Assembly: GCF_964204865.1 (NCBI RefSeq)
Contig: NC_135254.1
Location: 14,446,001-14,510,000, forward strand
Direction of reading: 5' to 3'
DNA length: 64,000 nucleotides
DNA from: Styela clava
Taxonomy: Eukaryota
The stretch's first letter is position 1; each line of letters begins with the position of its first letter. A program made the position numbers and the translations under genes. The notes beneath the pieces were generated by a model. It saw only the letters and a list, made by a program, of their open reading frames with translations. It did not search any database and had not been told where the DNA came from. This document shows positions 13,101 to 26,048 of this stretch, piece after piece.

Positions 13101-16100
13101 GTAATGGTGGGTACATGATTTATATTCTATCAAATACTCGGCTGTTTTTATGTTATCTGGTTAAAATTTGGACTTGTAACGAATTGAGTCAAGACTCGGC
13201 TCAGATTTTATTTAGAGATTTTATGTTAATTTTGGAATTACTAAGCTAATTTACCTGAAGAGTCAACTTGTACTAAACTGTAATTTGTTTCATTCGTGGT
13301 CGGTTATAACTGAAATTTTTTCCGAATTCTACCAAGTTATCTATTTTTCAAGTAAGCCTGTCATCGGCTAGACTTGTTTAGTGGTTGTTGATAATTCCTC
13401 ACATATTACTGTGTTCATGTACTGGATGTTTGATAAGTCAAGATTTTTGCAAAGTGAATTTATATAGGTCATTGGCCCCTACTAGTGTATTAAATAAGGT
13501 AAAAAACTTAAACAAAGACTAATTAAAACAAAGATTTAAATTTTAAAGCTTTATTACCGTATTTGCCGGTTAAGATATATTGAAACCTGACATCATAATG
13601 AAATTGAAATTGCAGCAAGACTTCATAAACACCCTGTACTGTAAATTCATATTACTTTCACAGGAAGGTGCAGCAGCGAGAAAAAGTACAAGTTCATCGT
13701 TGCCTAGAGCGATTTCAAGACCAACTCCTAAACCTGCCACTCAACCTCAAAAACCCCAGAAACGAACGTCTCGAACACCTATTATCGTACTTCCTGCTGC
13801 TCTATCATCTCTTATTACATTATATAATGCTAAAGATTTATTACAAGATTTGAAGGTGAATTAATTTTTTCTACAAGAAGTACAATTGAATTGGTTGCCT
13901 TTATTAGTGAATAGTGTTACTATATTTGATGAATACAAGAACTCACCGATTGTCAGCATTGCTTACAATTTGTCACAAAGGGGCAGTGATACTCAAACTT
14001 TTACGACCCGTGGAACCCATCCAAAGATTTCAAACACTTGTGCCTCCTGCTCTTCTATAGAAATTCATAGTCTTGCTTTCAATGGAATTCCTTCATTTGT
14101 TTCATTCAACATTTTCAATAATGAGAAATCCAACAATCGAAAGCAGAGGAATAAATGCATTACGGTCAAAGAATTAAACAAATCAAATTTAATTAACGTA
14201 GTCACCGCAAATGGTATTTAGTAGTCCTCTGTGTTCGTGGCCGCAAGAGAAACGCTCTGCGGCCCCCCTAGAGGGCCGATTACTCGATTAAATTTGATGT
14301 TTTTTCATAGTATGTGAGTATGGCAGACAAGAAAGCACAAGGCGCAAGACGGGATAATGAAGTGCTAATACAAAGGCAAAAAGACAATGGAGCTCTAACT
14401 GTCCCTTACAGAGTTATTGATAATATTTCTAAGTTACAAGGACATGAGGACTGGTTTGTACTTTTTAATATTGTGTATATCATATGTTCTTATCGGTATG
14501 TCTCTATACTGTGAGATTGGAAATTGAAACTTATTTTGTGATGAACTTTGGTTTATTGCTATTTAGGACCAATTTCCTACATCCTCGTATAAAGACTATC
14601 ATTTTGCTGTACTAAACATTCGTAATGAATATGAAATCTGACGTGAAATTTTTTAAACTATGAGTATTGCACCAAATATCTCAATACTCTTGTTATTATG
14701 CCCAAGCCAAATGCTCTTGGTATTATGCTTAATCCGACGATCAAGTCAAGTTTATTTTTTCCAACCCGTAATAAAATCAATCTACAATAAAATCGAAATA
14801 CAAGATAAAAGATGATTGCACAATTTTACTGGGAACCAAAGCTGGTTGTAGGCAATACTTCAAAAAGAAAGCTTTCTGGAGTCTTAAACCCATGAAACTA
14901 TGAATTTAGGCAGAGAGTATATTATGCTGATTATATTTCAATTGCTGTTTGACATGTCCATGAATATAACTAAATATCTTTTTCTTGTAGGGAGCGTGTT
15001 GTGGGAGTGTTTGTACAAGGTCCAGCTTGGCAGTTCAAAGGTTGGCCGTGGTTATTGCAAGATGGTTCCCCTGTTGATATTTTTTCACGAAGTAAGACAA
15101 TTTGAATTATTTCTAATCACAGTTTCATGCTCTCATGTTCTTTCCTTTGTTAATACAGGATTTTTGTTGTGGAATTTGGCTAGTAAGGGAAATTTTTGAT
15201 AGGTTTTTTCATGTTGTGATATTGTCAGTTGTTCTCAAACTTTCATGATCCATTGCTCTTTCTAAAGACTTTCAACGCTTGCGGCCCTATGCTCTTCTAT
15301 ATTCAAAAGAATGAATGCTTTGCAGCCAAATGATTAAAATTTAAATTATTATAATCATCGAAATGGTACCGAATGGTGAAGGCATTTGCTTGTGGCCCTC
15401 AGAGAACCGCTTCCTGCCCTGGCCTAAAGGGCTGAGTGCCCAGTTTGAAAAACCTGGTGTTGGAGTTCGCCACAAGAGATCTGCGTTAAATGTGTATTGA
15501 TAAGTTTTGTATTAAAAGTTTATACCCGTCTTTTATTACTTTAATCGGCTATTTATATTGATATAATGATTAATGATGATGTTATATTCATATAAGGATT
15601 GAGATATTAAATATCCCATCAATTCCAACAATTTTCTTGAATGCTTCCATTGTTTGTGTAGTTGTATGATTGAGTGGGATTTCTCATACTTTAACACTCT
15701 GGTATTGCTTTTTAGTTCAAGCCTTTCACATAAAGTTTTTGGAACAGAGGATGGATACCAATGTTGGAAAATGGAATGTTCATGTTATTAATTTAAGTGA
15801 AACTAAGCGTCACATGGACCGAGCAGCATTGTTAAAATTTTGGGAGGTACTTGATAGGTAAGATGCAATGATTTTCTGTTAATTGTCTTGATAGACCACT
15901 AGTACTACATTTGTTATCATATTAATGAAATACTCCAGACTTGAGTTACTGCTAGGCAGACTTGACTCGACACTCAAAAGAAAATTTTCTCCAAAATCCT
16001 GAAATAGAATAAAAATCTGTGAATTATGATTTAACGTGTAGATTAATGCTGCCAACTACTTGAATCATAATCTCAAAGAAGCAGTGCTGATGTTGAGTTA

Positions 16101-16297
16101 AAATGTTGTCAATACTAGTTTGTTTCCCAATGTTATGTTCGTTTAACACAAGATGGAAGTCTTAATGTATATATGATTCTTATTTATCCATTTTACTCTT
16201 TTTTATAGTATTCAGTTACAAAAGTGTTGTTTAGTATTTCAAACCTTCTTACTGCTTCAGGTATATGATAAAAAATAAGCCTCACTTGCGCTTCTGA
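7184..16297 (+). CDS. CDC73: Parafibromin / PAF1 complex subunit CDC73, 11 coding exons, ~557 aa
   Basis: Exons 7184-7314, 9425-9600, 9966-10138, 10839-11013, 12116-12378, 12966-13106, 13664-13855, 14311-14453, 14991-15091, 15716-15857, 16261-16297; all GT-AG and phase-consistent. Motifs [80 protein letters not shown]-terminal PHLRF. Confidence 0.97.
7542..9081. mobile_element. Non-autonomous hAT element (1540 bp) in CDC73 intron 1
   Basis: Perfect 15-bp TIR CAGGGGTCGGCAACC and perfect 8-bp TSD GTGTATTG. Confidence 0.92.
11830..12057 (-). mobile_element. tRNA-derived SINE family 2 (degenerate)
   Basis: Minus-strand head GGGTGCTGTGGCCTAGTGGTT (A box) ... GGGTTCATATCCC (B box); no tRNA cloverleaf; 3' boundary approximate. 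Confidence 0.55.
12558..12759. mobile_element. Tigger/pogo-like MITE
   Basis: Inverted ends cctcgcatataagccga / tcggcttatatgcgagg. Confidence 0.6.
15226..15456. mobile_element. hAT-like MITE (related degenerate copy ~13984-14280)
   Basis: CAGTTGTTCTCAAACT ... AGTTTGAAAAACCTG ends; the interior resembles 13984-14280. Confidence 0.5.
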
Positions 16298-17745
16298 GAA
16301 GTCTTCATTCGGAAAAATGTAACATTTGAGTGTTTGACAATGGTAGTCATGACAGATGAACTCAAAATCGGGGTACATATTTGCGGGAGAATATACTGCC
16401 ACCTGACCAGAAGATCGAATTTTGTCTACAAGTGATCATTGAGTTAGTTATGACTGCAGGTAGTTTCAAATTCACCAGTTATTTAAGAATGATTCATGGC
16501 TCGGAGAATGGGAAGAATGGAATTTGGAGAAGCAATGAATTATATTGATTGCTGTCGTGTCACAGCATAAACTGTTATTGTATAATCTCTGTTGCACGCC
16601 ATTTTTTCTATTTTATTCATTACACATATATGTCTAAATTTAATAAATGAAAAGTACATTGTAGTGCAGGATGAATCACCATAAGCATGCTTTATGTTGT
16701 ATTGTTTTTTCAAGGTTTATTTCAATAGCGTTAAATTCAATAAGTGTGAAACCATCTTAGTTGTGTTATTTTGAGCTTCGCTTACCGCGATATCGACTAC
16801 TTAATGAGCCAAAACTGCTCACCTTATGAGTCTGGGTATATTTGGCAGTAAAACTTGATGCCTATGTGATATTCCATTAGCCATGTAATGGAGAAGTGTT
16901 CAATCTCAACAAAATAAAATATTTAATACTTATGAAGTCTCTATTTTTTAAATGATGTCTCACTGCTTGCATTATGGATCATGTTTTTGTTTTGTATGAT
17001 TCAACATGCTCTTTTTCTGCAAAATATTTGTAATATTCATGATACGGTTTGAAATAAATACTGTTCAAAATTATTTTGTGGTCATTGCAAAAAACTTTAC
17101 TCATGTCGTAGATATCAATTAAGAAATAGTTGAGAGAAGGTTGAATATCAATTCAAAGACTAGAATGCACTTCATTGAAATTGGGTGTCTATGGTTTTAG
17201 TTATCTGCTGTCCAAATTTGATGGATCGAAAGTAAAGACTTGTGAAATGTGACATGAGAAACATCGTTCATAGTTATTGTTTGGCAACGAAGATTTTTTT
17301 ATCTCGTATTTTCTCCAATGCAGTCGATATGTTAGAGCAGGATTTTCATAAGAAGGCGGACAACTGTTTTCGTAGTTGTTCGTGCTTGGACTTGTTTCCA
17401 AATTTGAATGTACGCCCAATACTCATGATCATTTATCCTCCGAGAAGTTATAGTTTACTGATTGTAATTAAAAATCTGCAATATGTTAAAAATAACGATT
17501 AACTATGGTTTTATTCCAATGACAAAAAATATACTAAATAATAATGATGTTTATGAACATTTAAACAAGTTTGTAAGCATAAAAACGAGAAAAAACACAA
17601 CCATAGTAAGCATAAAAGCAAGTAGCGTTAAAAAAAACATTTTTTCGGGGTCAAAGGTCGGAAAAACATCTACGGGAATATAAAACACAAAATTCGTGAT
17701 ATTCACATGTGCGTTGTTTGTGAGTGCCAAAGTCGTTTTAGAAGA

Positions 17746-18126
17746 ATGGCATCAGCAATTGTGCCAAGAGTCGTGCGAGCTGTGGTGGGAGATTTGATTA
17801 AAATTGCTGATAAGACACCAAACTTGAAATCTGTTTCAAAAATTAACATTTCTATGTGCCCGTGGGACAGAAATACGGAATCTACAAAAGAGTTGTGGAT
17901 GCGAGTATCTGGCGAAGAAGTGCGTGATTCCAATAGAAAATGTACAGTAACCACTAACATGAAACATGATGGATCCGAACCTGTTGTGAACATTGAATTT
18001 ATGGACGGAGAAAAGTTAATTCTCAAGGGTGAACATTTGAAATGGGAGGAACTTATGTATCATTTTAATGCATTTTGTCACCATAAAGAGCAAGCGATGG
18101 TTGACTTGCCTCAAAAGTTGTTTTGA
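17746..18126 (+). CDS. MRPL53: Mitochondrial ribosomal protein L53, intronless, 126 aa
   Basis: MASAIVPRVVR (presequence-like) ... CPWDRNTESTKE..VRDSNRKC..KHDGSEPVVNIEFMDGEKLILKGEHL matches the remembered MRPL53 pattern [37 protein letters not shown]. Confidence 0.9.
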   Translation: MASAIVPRVVRAVVGDLIKIADKTPNLKSVSKINISMCPWDRNTESTKELWMRVSGEEVRDSNRKCTVTTNMKHDGSEPVVNIEFMDGEKLILKGEHLKWEELMYHFNAFCHHKEQAMVDLPQKLF

Positions 18127-18257
18127 TTTTATTGATAAATGCAAAAAGAAAAAAAAAAGATATTCTGAAAAAAAATTGTCTGGCGCGAAATGAAATCCTT
18201 GGCAGACACGTTTAGTCAATATGAAATCCACCTAATTTTCAACTAAGAAAGTATATC

Positions 18258-18620
18258 CAGTGGTGGGATTCAAGCGGTTCGCACCAGTTCTATAGAACCG
18301 TCTCACGGAATTGTATGAGATCAGTGAACCGGTTAGCTTTACTGGTTACTGTCAATTTTCTGTTTGTAACAGAACCGGTTGAAAAAAATGACTTGTGATG
18401 GAACCGGCTGACAATAATTTGAATCCCACCACTGGGTTATCCCGTGCCAGTTCTATCTGTCTATAGAACCGTCTCACGGAATTGTATGAGATCAGTGATC
18501 CGGTTAGCTTTACTGGTTACTGTCAATTCTCTGTTTGTAACAGAACCGGTTGAAAAAAATGACTTGTGATGGAACCGGCTGACAATAATTTGAATCCCAC
18601 CACTGGGTTATCCCGTGCCA
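18258..18620. mobile_element. MITE (18258-18434) plus tandem duplication of its 3' ~160 bp
   Basis: TIR CAGTGGTGGGATTCAA / TTGAATCCCACCACTG; 18291-18449 is repeated almost exactly at 18461-18619. Confidence 0.85.
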
Positions 18621-19507
18621 AATAGTGTTTCGTGTGAGACTGAATGTGTTTTTACATCACATTTTTGTTTGGCAATATTTGGGTAACCATATATATTATG
18701 TTTATATACAACTTTCCAAGCTTAAAGTTGAATTCTTTTTTATATTTTACCTACCGGTATTTATTGAACATTTCACCTCATGCACAGAAAAGTCGATCTG
18801 AGGTAGTCAAATGCTGTGTTAAACCTTTTTTTGCTAGGGTACAATGTGACCAAGTCACTGAAAAACTTTCCAAATATATAGGTATAACTAGTCTGGAGAC
18901 AGGTTCAAGAGTTTCAAATAGGTATATGACAACAATTTTGTAATCCAGTCAAAGGCTCTAATATTCAAGTATTTCCTATTTATTATAAATTTCATTGTGA
19001 ATAAAAGGTATAATCTAAGAGATACTTCATAAGGTCCTGAGGTCTAAAAATATTAGATTTTGAACATGTAGTGTTAGGCATTTCTAGCTGTCACCAGTTG
19101 GTTTTGGTTGCAATGAAACAATGACATCATAATGATTGATCTCCTATCTTGTGTTAATATGATTTTTCTTTATTGGAAAGAATTTAAGGTGTAATGAAAT
19201 GTATTCTTTTTGAGGTACATAGAAATATTCTTATTGAAAATGATGGGTTTTTACCTTGAGTCTTGTTATGTTAGTTTTTCAGTTTTCGATCTTACAGTGT
19301 CTTTTTATTTGAAGGCTGTTTAATTTTTTAAAATTTCAATCTCCAAAATCTACACCCTAAACTCACAAGGAAATTTTTAACCTACTCTTACCAAAATTCA
19401 AAAATTTTGTTGTATTATCTGTGACACATTGAACTTATTTGTATATTTTGTTACAGTATTAAAAATAATTATATTCTAATTGTTACATCTATATTTTAAA
19501 TGAAAAT

Positions 19508-22482
19508 ATGGTGTCAACACGTTCACAAAATTCGCCTAGAAAACCATCCACCCCTGTGAGGAAAAAGAGACCTAGAAAAAAACTGTCTGACGAAATCATC
19601 AGCGATGAAGACAGTGACACAGAACTAAGAGTCCGGGAGGATCAAATTCCATCTGAAAATCTAGAAACAATAAATGAAGAGAACGAAGAGATTGAAATGA
19701 GCAAAAATGATGACGACATTAAAACAACAGTTAAATTTAATGATTTGAGACAGAAACGGTTGCCACAAGATGACTTTTCACACACAATAAATAAGATGCC
19801 TATCAAGTTATTAGAAACAATTACTGAAGAGACTGCTCATGATGACAGTGGTAGGGTTGGTGCAGAGATTGGGGCAGATGAAATTCAAGTTAATATTGAA
19901 GCGTCATCTTCAGAATCTATAAAAGTGGATTCAAATGATTCTAGTACAAAAAAGAAGCATAGATTTCATTTTCCTTCTTCTAAATTATTGGTACCAGCAA
20001 ATATAACGTAAGTAATTATGGAGTTTTATATTCTATTTATATATAGATCAGTATTTGCTCAGGATACTAGATTCACATATATATTTAATAATTTTATTGT
20101 ATCCTTCTAGAACAGGGGTCTTAAACTCATTAACCGAGGGGCCATTGGTGGCAGAGTCTGTGTGGGTCTGGGTGCTGGGTCGCATCAGGTTTTCCACAAT
20201 AAAAGCTTAGTCTGCAAAATTCAAATTTTCTCAAATATCTCTATTTTTTTAAACACAAAACAAGTTAAAAAACATGATTGAATAAACTGCGATTGAGTAT
20301 GAATTTCTAAATGGTTTTCATTCCCTTTATTTTTTTCATTAATACTTGCATTTTTTTATATTTCAGCCCAACGAGTATAGACGTTGGCATGGAAATGCAA
20401 GATACTTATATAGATGTAAAATCAGCAAAACAGGGAAAGAAAAAAATAGAAAGCTTATTTGCAGAAGTTACCGTTAACAAAAAAGACTCTCAGCTTAAAG
20501 ATTCTGTAATTACTCCAGACTTTGAAACTAAATTAGCTATTCCGTCTGAAAAATCTTTGCAACAACAACGCAAAGAAAGAAAAGAACAACAAGAATCAAG
20601 TGCTGGAAAAGACTGGTTTAATATGAAACCACCTGAAATGACGAGAGATGTTAAACGAGACTTGGAAATATTGCGAATGAGAGGTGTCCTGGATCCTAAA
20701 AGATTTTACAAACATAATGACAGACAAACTATACCACGATACTTTCAGGTATTTTTTTTTTAAATTAGTTGTTTGAACATATTTATATTCTTCAAATTCC
20801 TCTGAATTGCAAAACAAAAATGAAACCAAAGTGCATGGAAAATTACAATTTTCATGAGGCCTTTTTATATATTCACTGCGATGGAGGCTCGACAAGAAGC
20901 TCCTGTCATGTATAATGTACTTTTTTGGAATGCTCAATCTTCTTATTATCGCAGTGCCTGACGAATTTATGGCACCCTGAACAAGATGGTTTGCAATAGG
21001 TATTGAACCCAATGTCTCCAAGCTTGATGCCAACATGCCTCTAACCCTGACATGGGCAAACCACGGCTTGCGGGCCAAATCCGGCCTGTTGGGTAATTCA
21101 ATCTGGCCCGCTTGATCAAACTAAAACCAAATTCTGATATTTTAGCTAAAAAAGAATTTGTTTAGATTGGAATTAGGTAAATTTAGTTTTGGCACGGGGC
21201 TTATTGTTTTCAACCTTTGCTTCTATACACTGTAAATATTGTTCATGAAATGTAAATTTGTACGTCACTTACATGGCCCGCCAGTCTAGGCGGACAAAAT
21301 CTTTGGCCCCTGGTACAAAAACCTTGCCCGACCCTGCTTTAACCACTGGTCCATTGCTCCCATCATGTTTGCTTGTGCCACAGTATGTTTGATGTGAGCT
21401 AATGGAAAAGTCAATATAAAAATATTAACATGTTGCGGTGTGATTCCAATAAACTTATCGGAGATATTTCTTTAGATTGGTAAAGTTATGGATAGCCCTG
21501 CTGATTTCTATTCATCTCGCGTTCCTAAGAAGCAAAGAAAACCAAATCTTACTGAAGAGCTCCTTGCAGATGCAGAATTTCAGCAGTATCAAAAACGAAA
21601 GTAAGATTTTTTCAAACTCTTTTTTTACTTTTTTCATACCTCAATGTAATTATTTTTACATTTATTCTGTCTTCTTCATTTTAAAAAGGGATTGCAAAGC
21701 TATGTGACAATTTACTTAATGCTCCCATGGCTCAACCAGTCATTTTGGTGAGCATGGCTTGACCTCAAACTTATATCAATATATGTTAAACAAGGTCCAA
21801 TCTTACTTTTTGCTGCCTGTGACCATGATATGCTTTATCAAAGCACCTCATTTACTTCGAGGACATGGGAATAGTCTTCAAATTCTCTTAGAATATTGAA
21901 AATTACTTTCTCCAAAACTTGCTTTCTCCCTGTTGCTTATATTGCTACCCATCCACTCTCCTTGCACAACTGTCTGTATGAAAGACCATATCATTATACT
22001 TATTTGATTTATTGCATTTTATGCTTATCATAAGGGGTGTGTGCCGCACTTTCATGTGTTTTAGACCAGTATGGTCTTGTGTATACATCCCGTCTTCAAT
22101 GTTTATATTTACTAACTCCTGTGTTTTTACTTTTATGAGACTAATAAACATACATACATACATCCAACTATTTGAGCCTTCGCTTTGAATGCTTTTGTTA
22201 AGTGGCTTCACAGTGTGCTCATCTATATGTGTGTGAAGGTACCAGTGACATCTTCCCATATATCTGAGCTCTTTGCTCATGCTTATAATAGAAATATTCA
22301 GATATTTTGTTTTTATCATGCAAGAGTCAATGGCTGACCGAAATTCCCAGTACTGTAACTGTATACATGACATTCATCCTTTTTTTAGATACAATGAAAT
22401 TCAAATGAAGAAGAAAGCTCTTGGTGCTAAGCATCGTAGGATGAAACGAGGGAAATTTTCTAGAAGAAACAAAGATGACTGA
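19508..22482 (+). CDS. DNTTIP2: DNTTIP2 / Fcf2 pre-rRNA processing protein, 4 exons, ~366 aa
   Basis: Exons 19508-20007, 20367-20748, 21476-21600, 22389-22482. Fcf2 domain SAGKDWFNMKPPEMT..DLEILRMRGVLDPKRFYK..PRYFQIGKVMDSPADFYSSRVPKKQRK..EELLADAEF. Confidence 0.93.
21045..21336. mobile_element. hAT-like MITE remnant
   Basis: gggcaaaccacggcttgcgggccaaatccggcc ... ttgcccgaccctg, with typical GGCCC-rich subtermini. Confidence 0.5.
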
Positions 22483-22874
22483 AATATGGAAGCTTTGATC
22501 ATATTTGGATAAGAAACGGCTAGTTTTCCTCATAGGAGTCTTTTGGGTAACTCAATTTTTTCAACTATTCTGACATGAAATATAGGTGGAAAGGCATCAA
22601 CCCCCAATCAATTCAACAAAGAACAGGTGAGCAGCAGGTCATTGGAGATCGCTGAAACTGAATACTGCTTTAGACAAGTGTTCTATTCAAAAAAGCTGTT
22701 ATGATTGTATATTGGAATAAGAATACTACAATGCTGCTCCCTATCGCCCAAGTTGTACCATGTCTGCACGTCAGCCAACACAGAATTTGTATATTTCTCT
22801 GCTTCACAATCTGCAATAAATTAAATTAATGGAATGCCTGGGTTTTGTTGTCATGAGTTTCGATTCCGTACAAG

Positions 22875-23765
22875 TAGGGCTGGGAATGGTTAACCGGTTA
22901 ACCGATTTTAGATGGTTAACGGTTTAGATTTATTTTTAACTGTTGACTGACATCTCAGGTACAAATCATCTTTATAATGTACAATTCTTTCAAAAATGAT
23001 TACGTCATCGCATCGCAAATTTATCTCCTGTGGCCTTTAATTCAAAAGAATATCGCTAGCTGTGTTGGCGAGGACCTAATAAATGGGAAAAATAATTGAA
23101 GTACCAAGATTGCTGATCATGAAAATTTGACAATAATCAAGTATGAATCAGTTTTTCGGTCGAAATATATGGTGACCGTACATTTAAACCCATGTACATT
23201 TGAACCCATGCGTATATCCACGGGTTCAATCTATATGCGGGTGCTAAAACCCATGGGTTAGGGTTAGTATGGGTTTAACTATCCGTGAAACAAAAAAAAA
23301 TTCCATAGGTGCAATTGTCATGGGTTCAAATGTACGTTGGTTCAAATGTAATGGAACCGAAATATATTATTCACGATTTTATTTCAAAATCGTACATCCA
23401 ATGTCTACCAACAAGTGCGTAGTTGATGCTGTTTTTCTTTATAAATCTCAAAGTAGAATTTGCACATCAAACGCAGAAAATTTGTCACATAAATAATATT
23501 TAGTAACGGAATCGGGTTTTACTAAAATACTTCCATATTTCCTACCCACGCTACATATCTCTTGTAGCAGAGCGATCACGAAACTATATCGATTCGTGAA
23601 TAATTTTGAGCGATAGCGGGATAAGGTCACGCGAAATTGCTTTGTAAACATTGTGACGTAACAAGCTAAAATTAAGAAGTATTATGTGAAACGTCACGCT
23701 GCGGTTAACCGATTAATTTTACCCGGTTAACGGTGAAAGTGTTTTCCCTGGAATTCCCAGCCCTA
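22875..23765. mobile_element. hAT-type MITE with nested insertion
   Basis: TIR TAGGGCTGGGAAT / ATTCCCAGCCCTA, TSD CGTACAAG / CTTACAAG (7/8), subterminal GGTTAACCG repeats. Confidence 0.8.
23171..23358. mobile_element. Mutator-like MITE nested in the hAT MITE
   Basis: Perfect 9-bp TSD GAAATATAT, GG..CC termini, repeated inverted TACATTTGAACCC motifs, internal GGGTTAGGGTTAG. Confidence 0.75.
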
Positions 23766-24042
23766 CTTACAAGTGACATATAAACACAAGAGATCCACAA
23801 AAATGGCAATTGCATCTTATCAGATACTTTAAAATGAGATTTTCTACGTACAATGCTTGATGTAACACACGGCACAATTATCAGAATATTTTGAACTCAG
23901 TATGTGACAAAGCCAGTTCAAACATAGTTCATTGTTATATATATGTTCATATATTGTTATATGTCATTGGTGAATGCAAGTAATTTTAGATTGTCACGCA
24001 GGGCATTTTTACCGGTTATCGTCTTCACCAGTAGCTATAGTG

Positions 24043-24900
24043 CAGGAGTGGCCAACCCGCGGCTCTTTCTCCGGTTTCATGCGGCTCTTTTCGTCTTGGT
24101 TATTTTAAGGAAAAAATAATTCGCGAACTACGGTTCGTCATGTTTCGATTATTCATCGTGCATCCTTCTTTTACGAATTTACGTCAAAAATACACAAACG
24201 CTTTCGTTCACTCCACCACTCAATCGTCCATTATTACGTCACAATCAAATTCTTTGTTGTGATATGTTTATTGCACTACAACAGCTGTCGTAATCGTATC
24301 GAAAACGAAGTTCGGCGGAAAACGCGCAGTTTTCCATTTGGGTGAAGTAATTGAAGTGCAGATAAAACGCCACAGATTACGTCGTCGAGGACTCATTTAA
24401 TTCTGAGACGGAAATACCCCCTAGTCGCAGTTGACCTCCATCATCAAGTCCATGCTTCCGAAAACAAATAACTGGCTAAGTATCCCATACCCGACCTGGA
24501 CTGGTAACCGGACGAGAGGCCGTGGTTTGCCATATGATTAAGCCGTCTTATCGGCTTTCCTCTCCCCCGGAATAAATATGTAAATCCTTGAGGCTGCGAC
24601 TGAGTTGAAGATGGTCAATCTTTATGAGGAAGACCCGCTAAAATGAGCTTAATAGGAAGAAACCACTGAGTTGCGCTTAGGATATTGTCAATGTTCGGGC
24701 GACATACGTCTGCGAATATGTGTTTTCTACCCTAAAACACGTGAACTCAAAGCAATGATCTGTTCTGACTGACACCCATGTAAAAGAACCGCTCCGATTG
24801 GCTACAACGACATACAAGCCAAATTTAAAGAGGTTTGTTCAATCCATGAAGTCCCACTAAGAAGCATGTATTACAATAAATGACTTGTAAATTTCTGTCA
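24043..24900 (+). mobile_element. Internally deleted hAT (Charlie/Buster-like) element with hATC dimerisation remnant
   Basis: CAGGAGTGGCCAACCCGCGGCTC end. 24675-24860 reads ALRILSMFG.TYVCEYVFSTLKHV.SK..SVLTDTH..LRLATTTYKPNL..SH*. 3' boundary approximate. Confidence 0.7.
24435..24588 (+). mobile_element. SINE family 1, 5'-truncated, inserted in the hAT remnant
   Basis: Matches the SINE 3' half, ending ataaatatgtaaatcct. Confidence 0.85.
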
Positions 24901-26048
24901 TAATCATGTTGGTATGTGACATTTAAAATAAACATATCTGATAAATCATTGAAAAATAGCCTGCAACTGAAACAAGCATAATTATTTTTATTGATGAGCA
25001 ACTAAGATTTATAATAACTGAAAAAAAGCTTTCTAATATTTAATAAGCAACTACAAAAATTTAGGATTGAATGTAAATTTTGATCGTATACTATTCTTGC
25101 AAAAAAGTATGATTCGACAAATGAAATGATAGTTACTATAATGTTCATGCCATCACCATGCTATTTAAATCAATGAGAAATATTTGCTAATTGCTATACA
25201 CATATATATGTTACTTTGACATGCGTCGGTATGGACATTGATCACTGTAGTCATTTGGTGTTTTGCCGAAAACAATTATGACAGATTTACAAATTAATTG
25301 CAAGCTATCGTAAAGGGGTTTACTATAAAATGGTATGTCTAAACTGCAGTGATTAGTAGCGAACCTGGACTCAAGAAATTTGGATAGGGAAACATAGTTA
25401 TATGTTAAAATACACTGGAGATTTTAATTGTTACAGTAATGTTTTTGACCTATGGGCGTTCTAGTAACAAGTAAGAACAGCTCGGTCAAACCAAGTTGTA
25501 GTGCATAGATGTATTTTGCACGTTCTATTATGAGAACAATAGCTCACAGTGAATTGCAAGAAAGTGAAACAAAAAATAATGAAAACGGTTGATAAAATTG
25601 ATTTTAAATCTGATATAATATAATCTATTATTTACAAATATTAACAATGTTGGTGGATAATTAAATGTAAAAACTTAATAGAATCTGTAAGTGCGTATTC
25701 ATAACTTAATGTTGCTGACTTCGCCGGGGCTAAAAAAATTTGAAGAGAATCATAATGAGACCAGGTGCGTTATGCCAATTAAAGTATTCGTCAATCAATT
25801 TTTGTAAATAGGAATTTTTTTTTAAATAACCAATCTTATCTCTGGAATGAAAAGTCCGACTGGGTCTTATTAATTATGACTTTTATACAAAGCAAAAACA
25901 TAAGACTTGAATGTATAGGTATCATTTTGTAGTACCTTGCTGAAAGTAAAAGAAAAAACGTATTGCTTTGTTCATTTACATGATTATTTTGGTAATACCA
26001 GTCCCCAATATAATGATGTCACCCATACGAATGTATAATATTTTTAAT

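Noticed and set aside
17703-18026. Antisense ORFs over MRPL53, ABHD18 (36207, 36591) and WDR82 (38650)
   Set aside because: Shadow frames of real CDSs with no recognisable motifs.
18258-18620. CRISPR-like repeat array
   Set aside because: Eukaryotic DNA; two long near-identical units without unique spacers.
23255-23268. Telomere or chromosome fusion scar
   Set aside because: Only about two units, internal to a TSD-flanked MITE.
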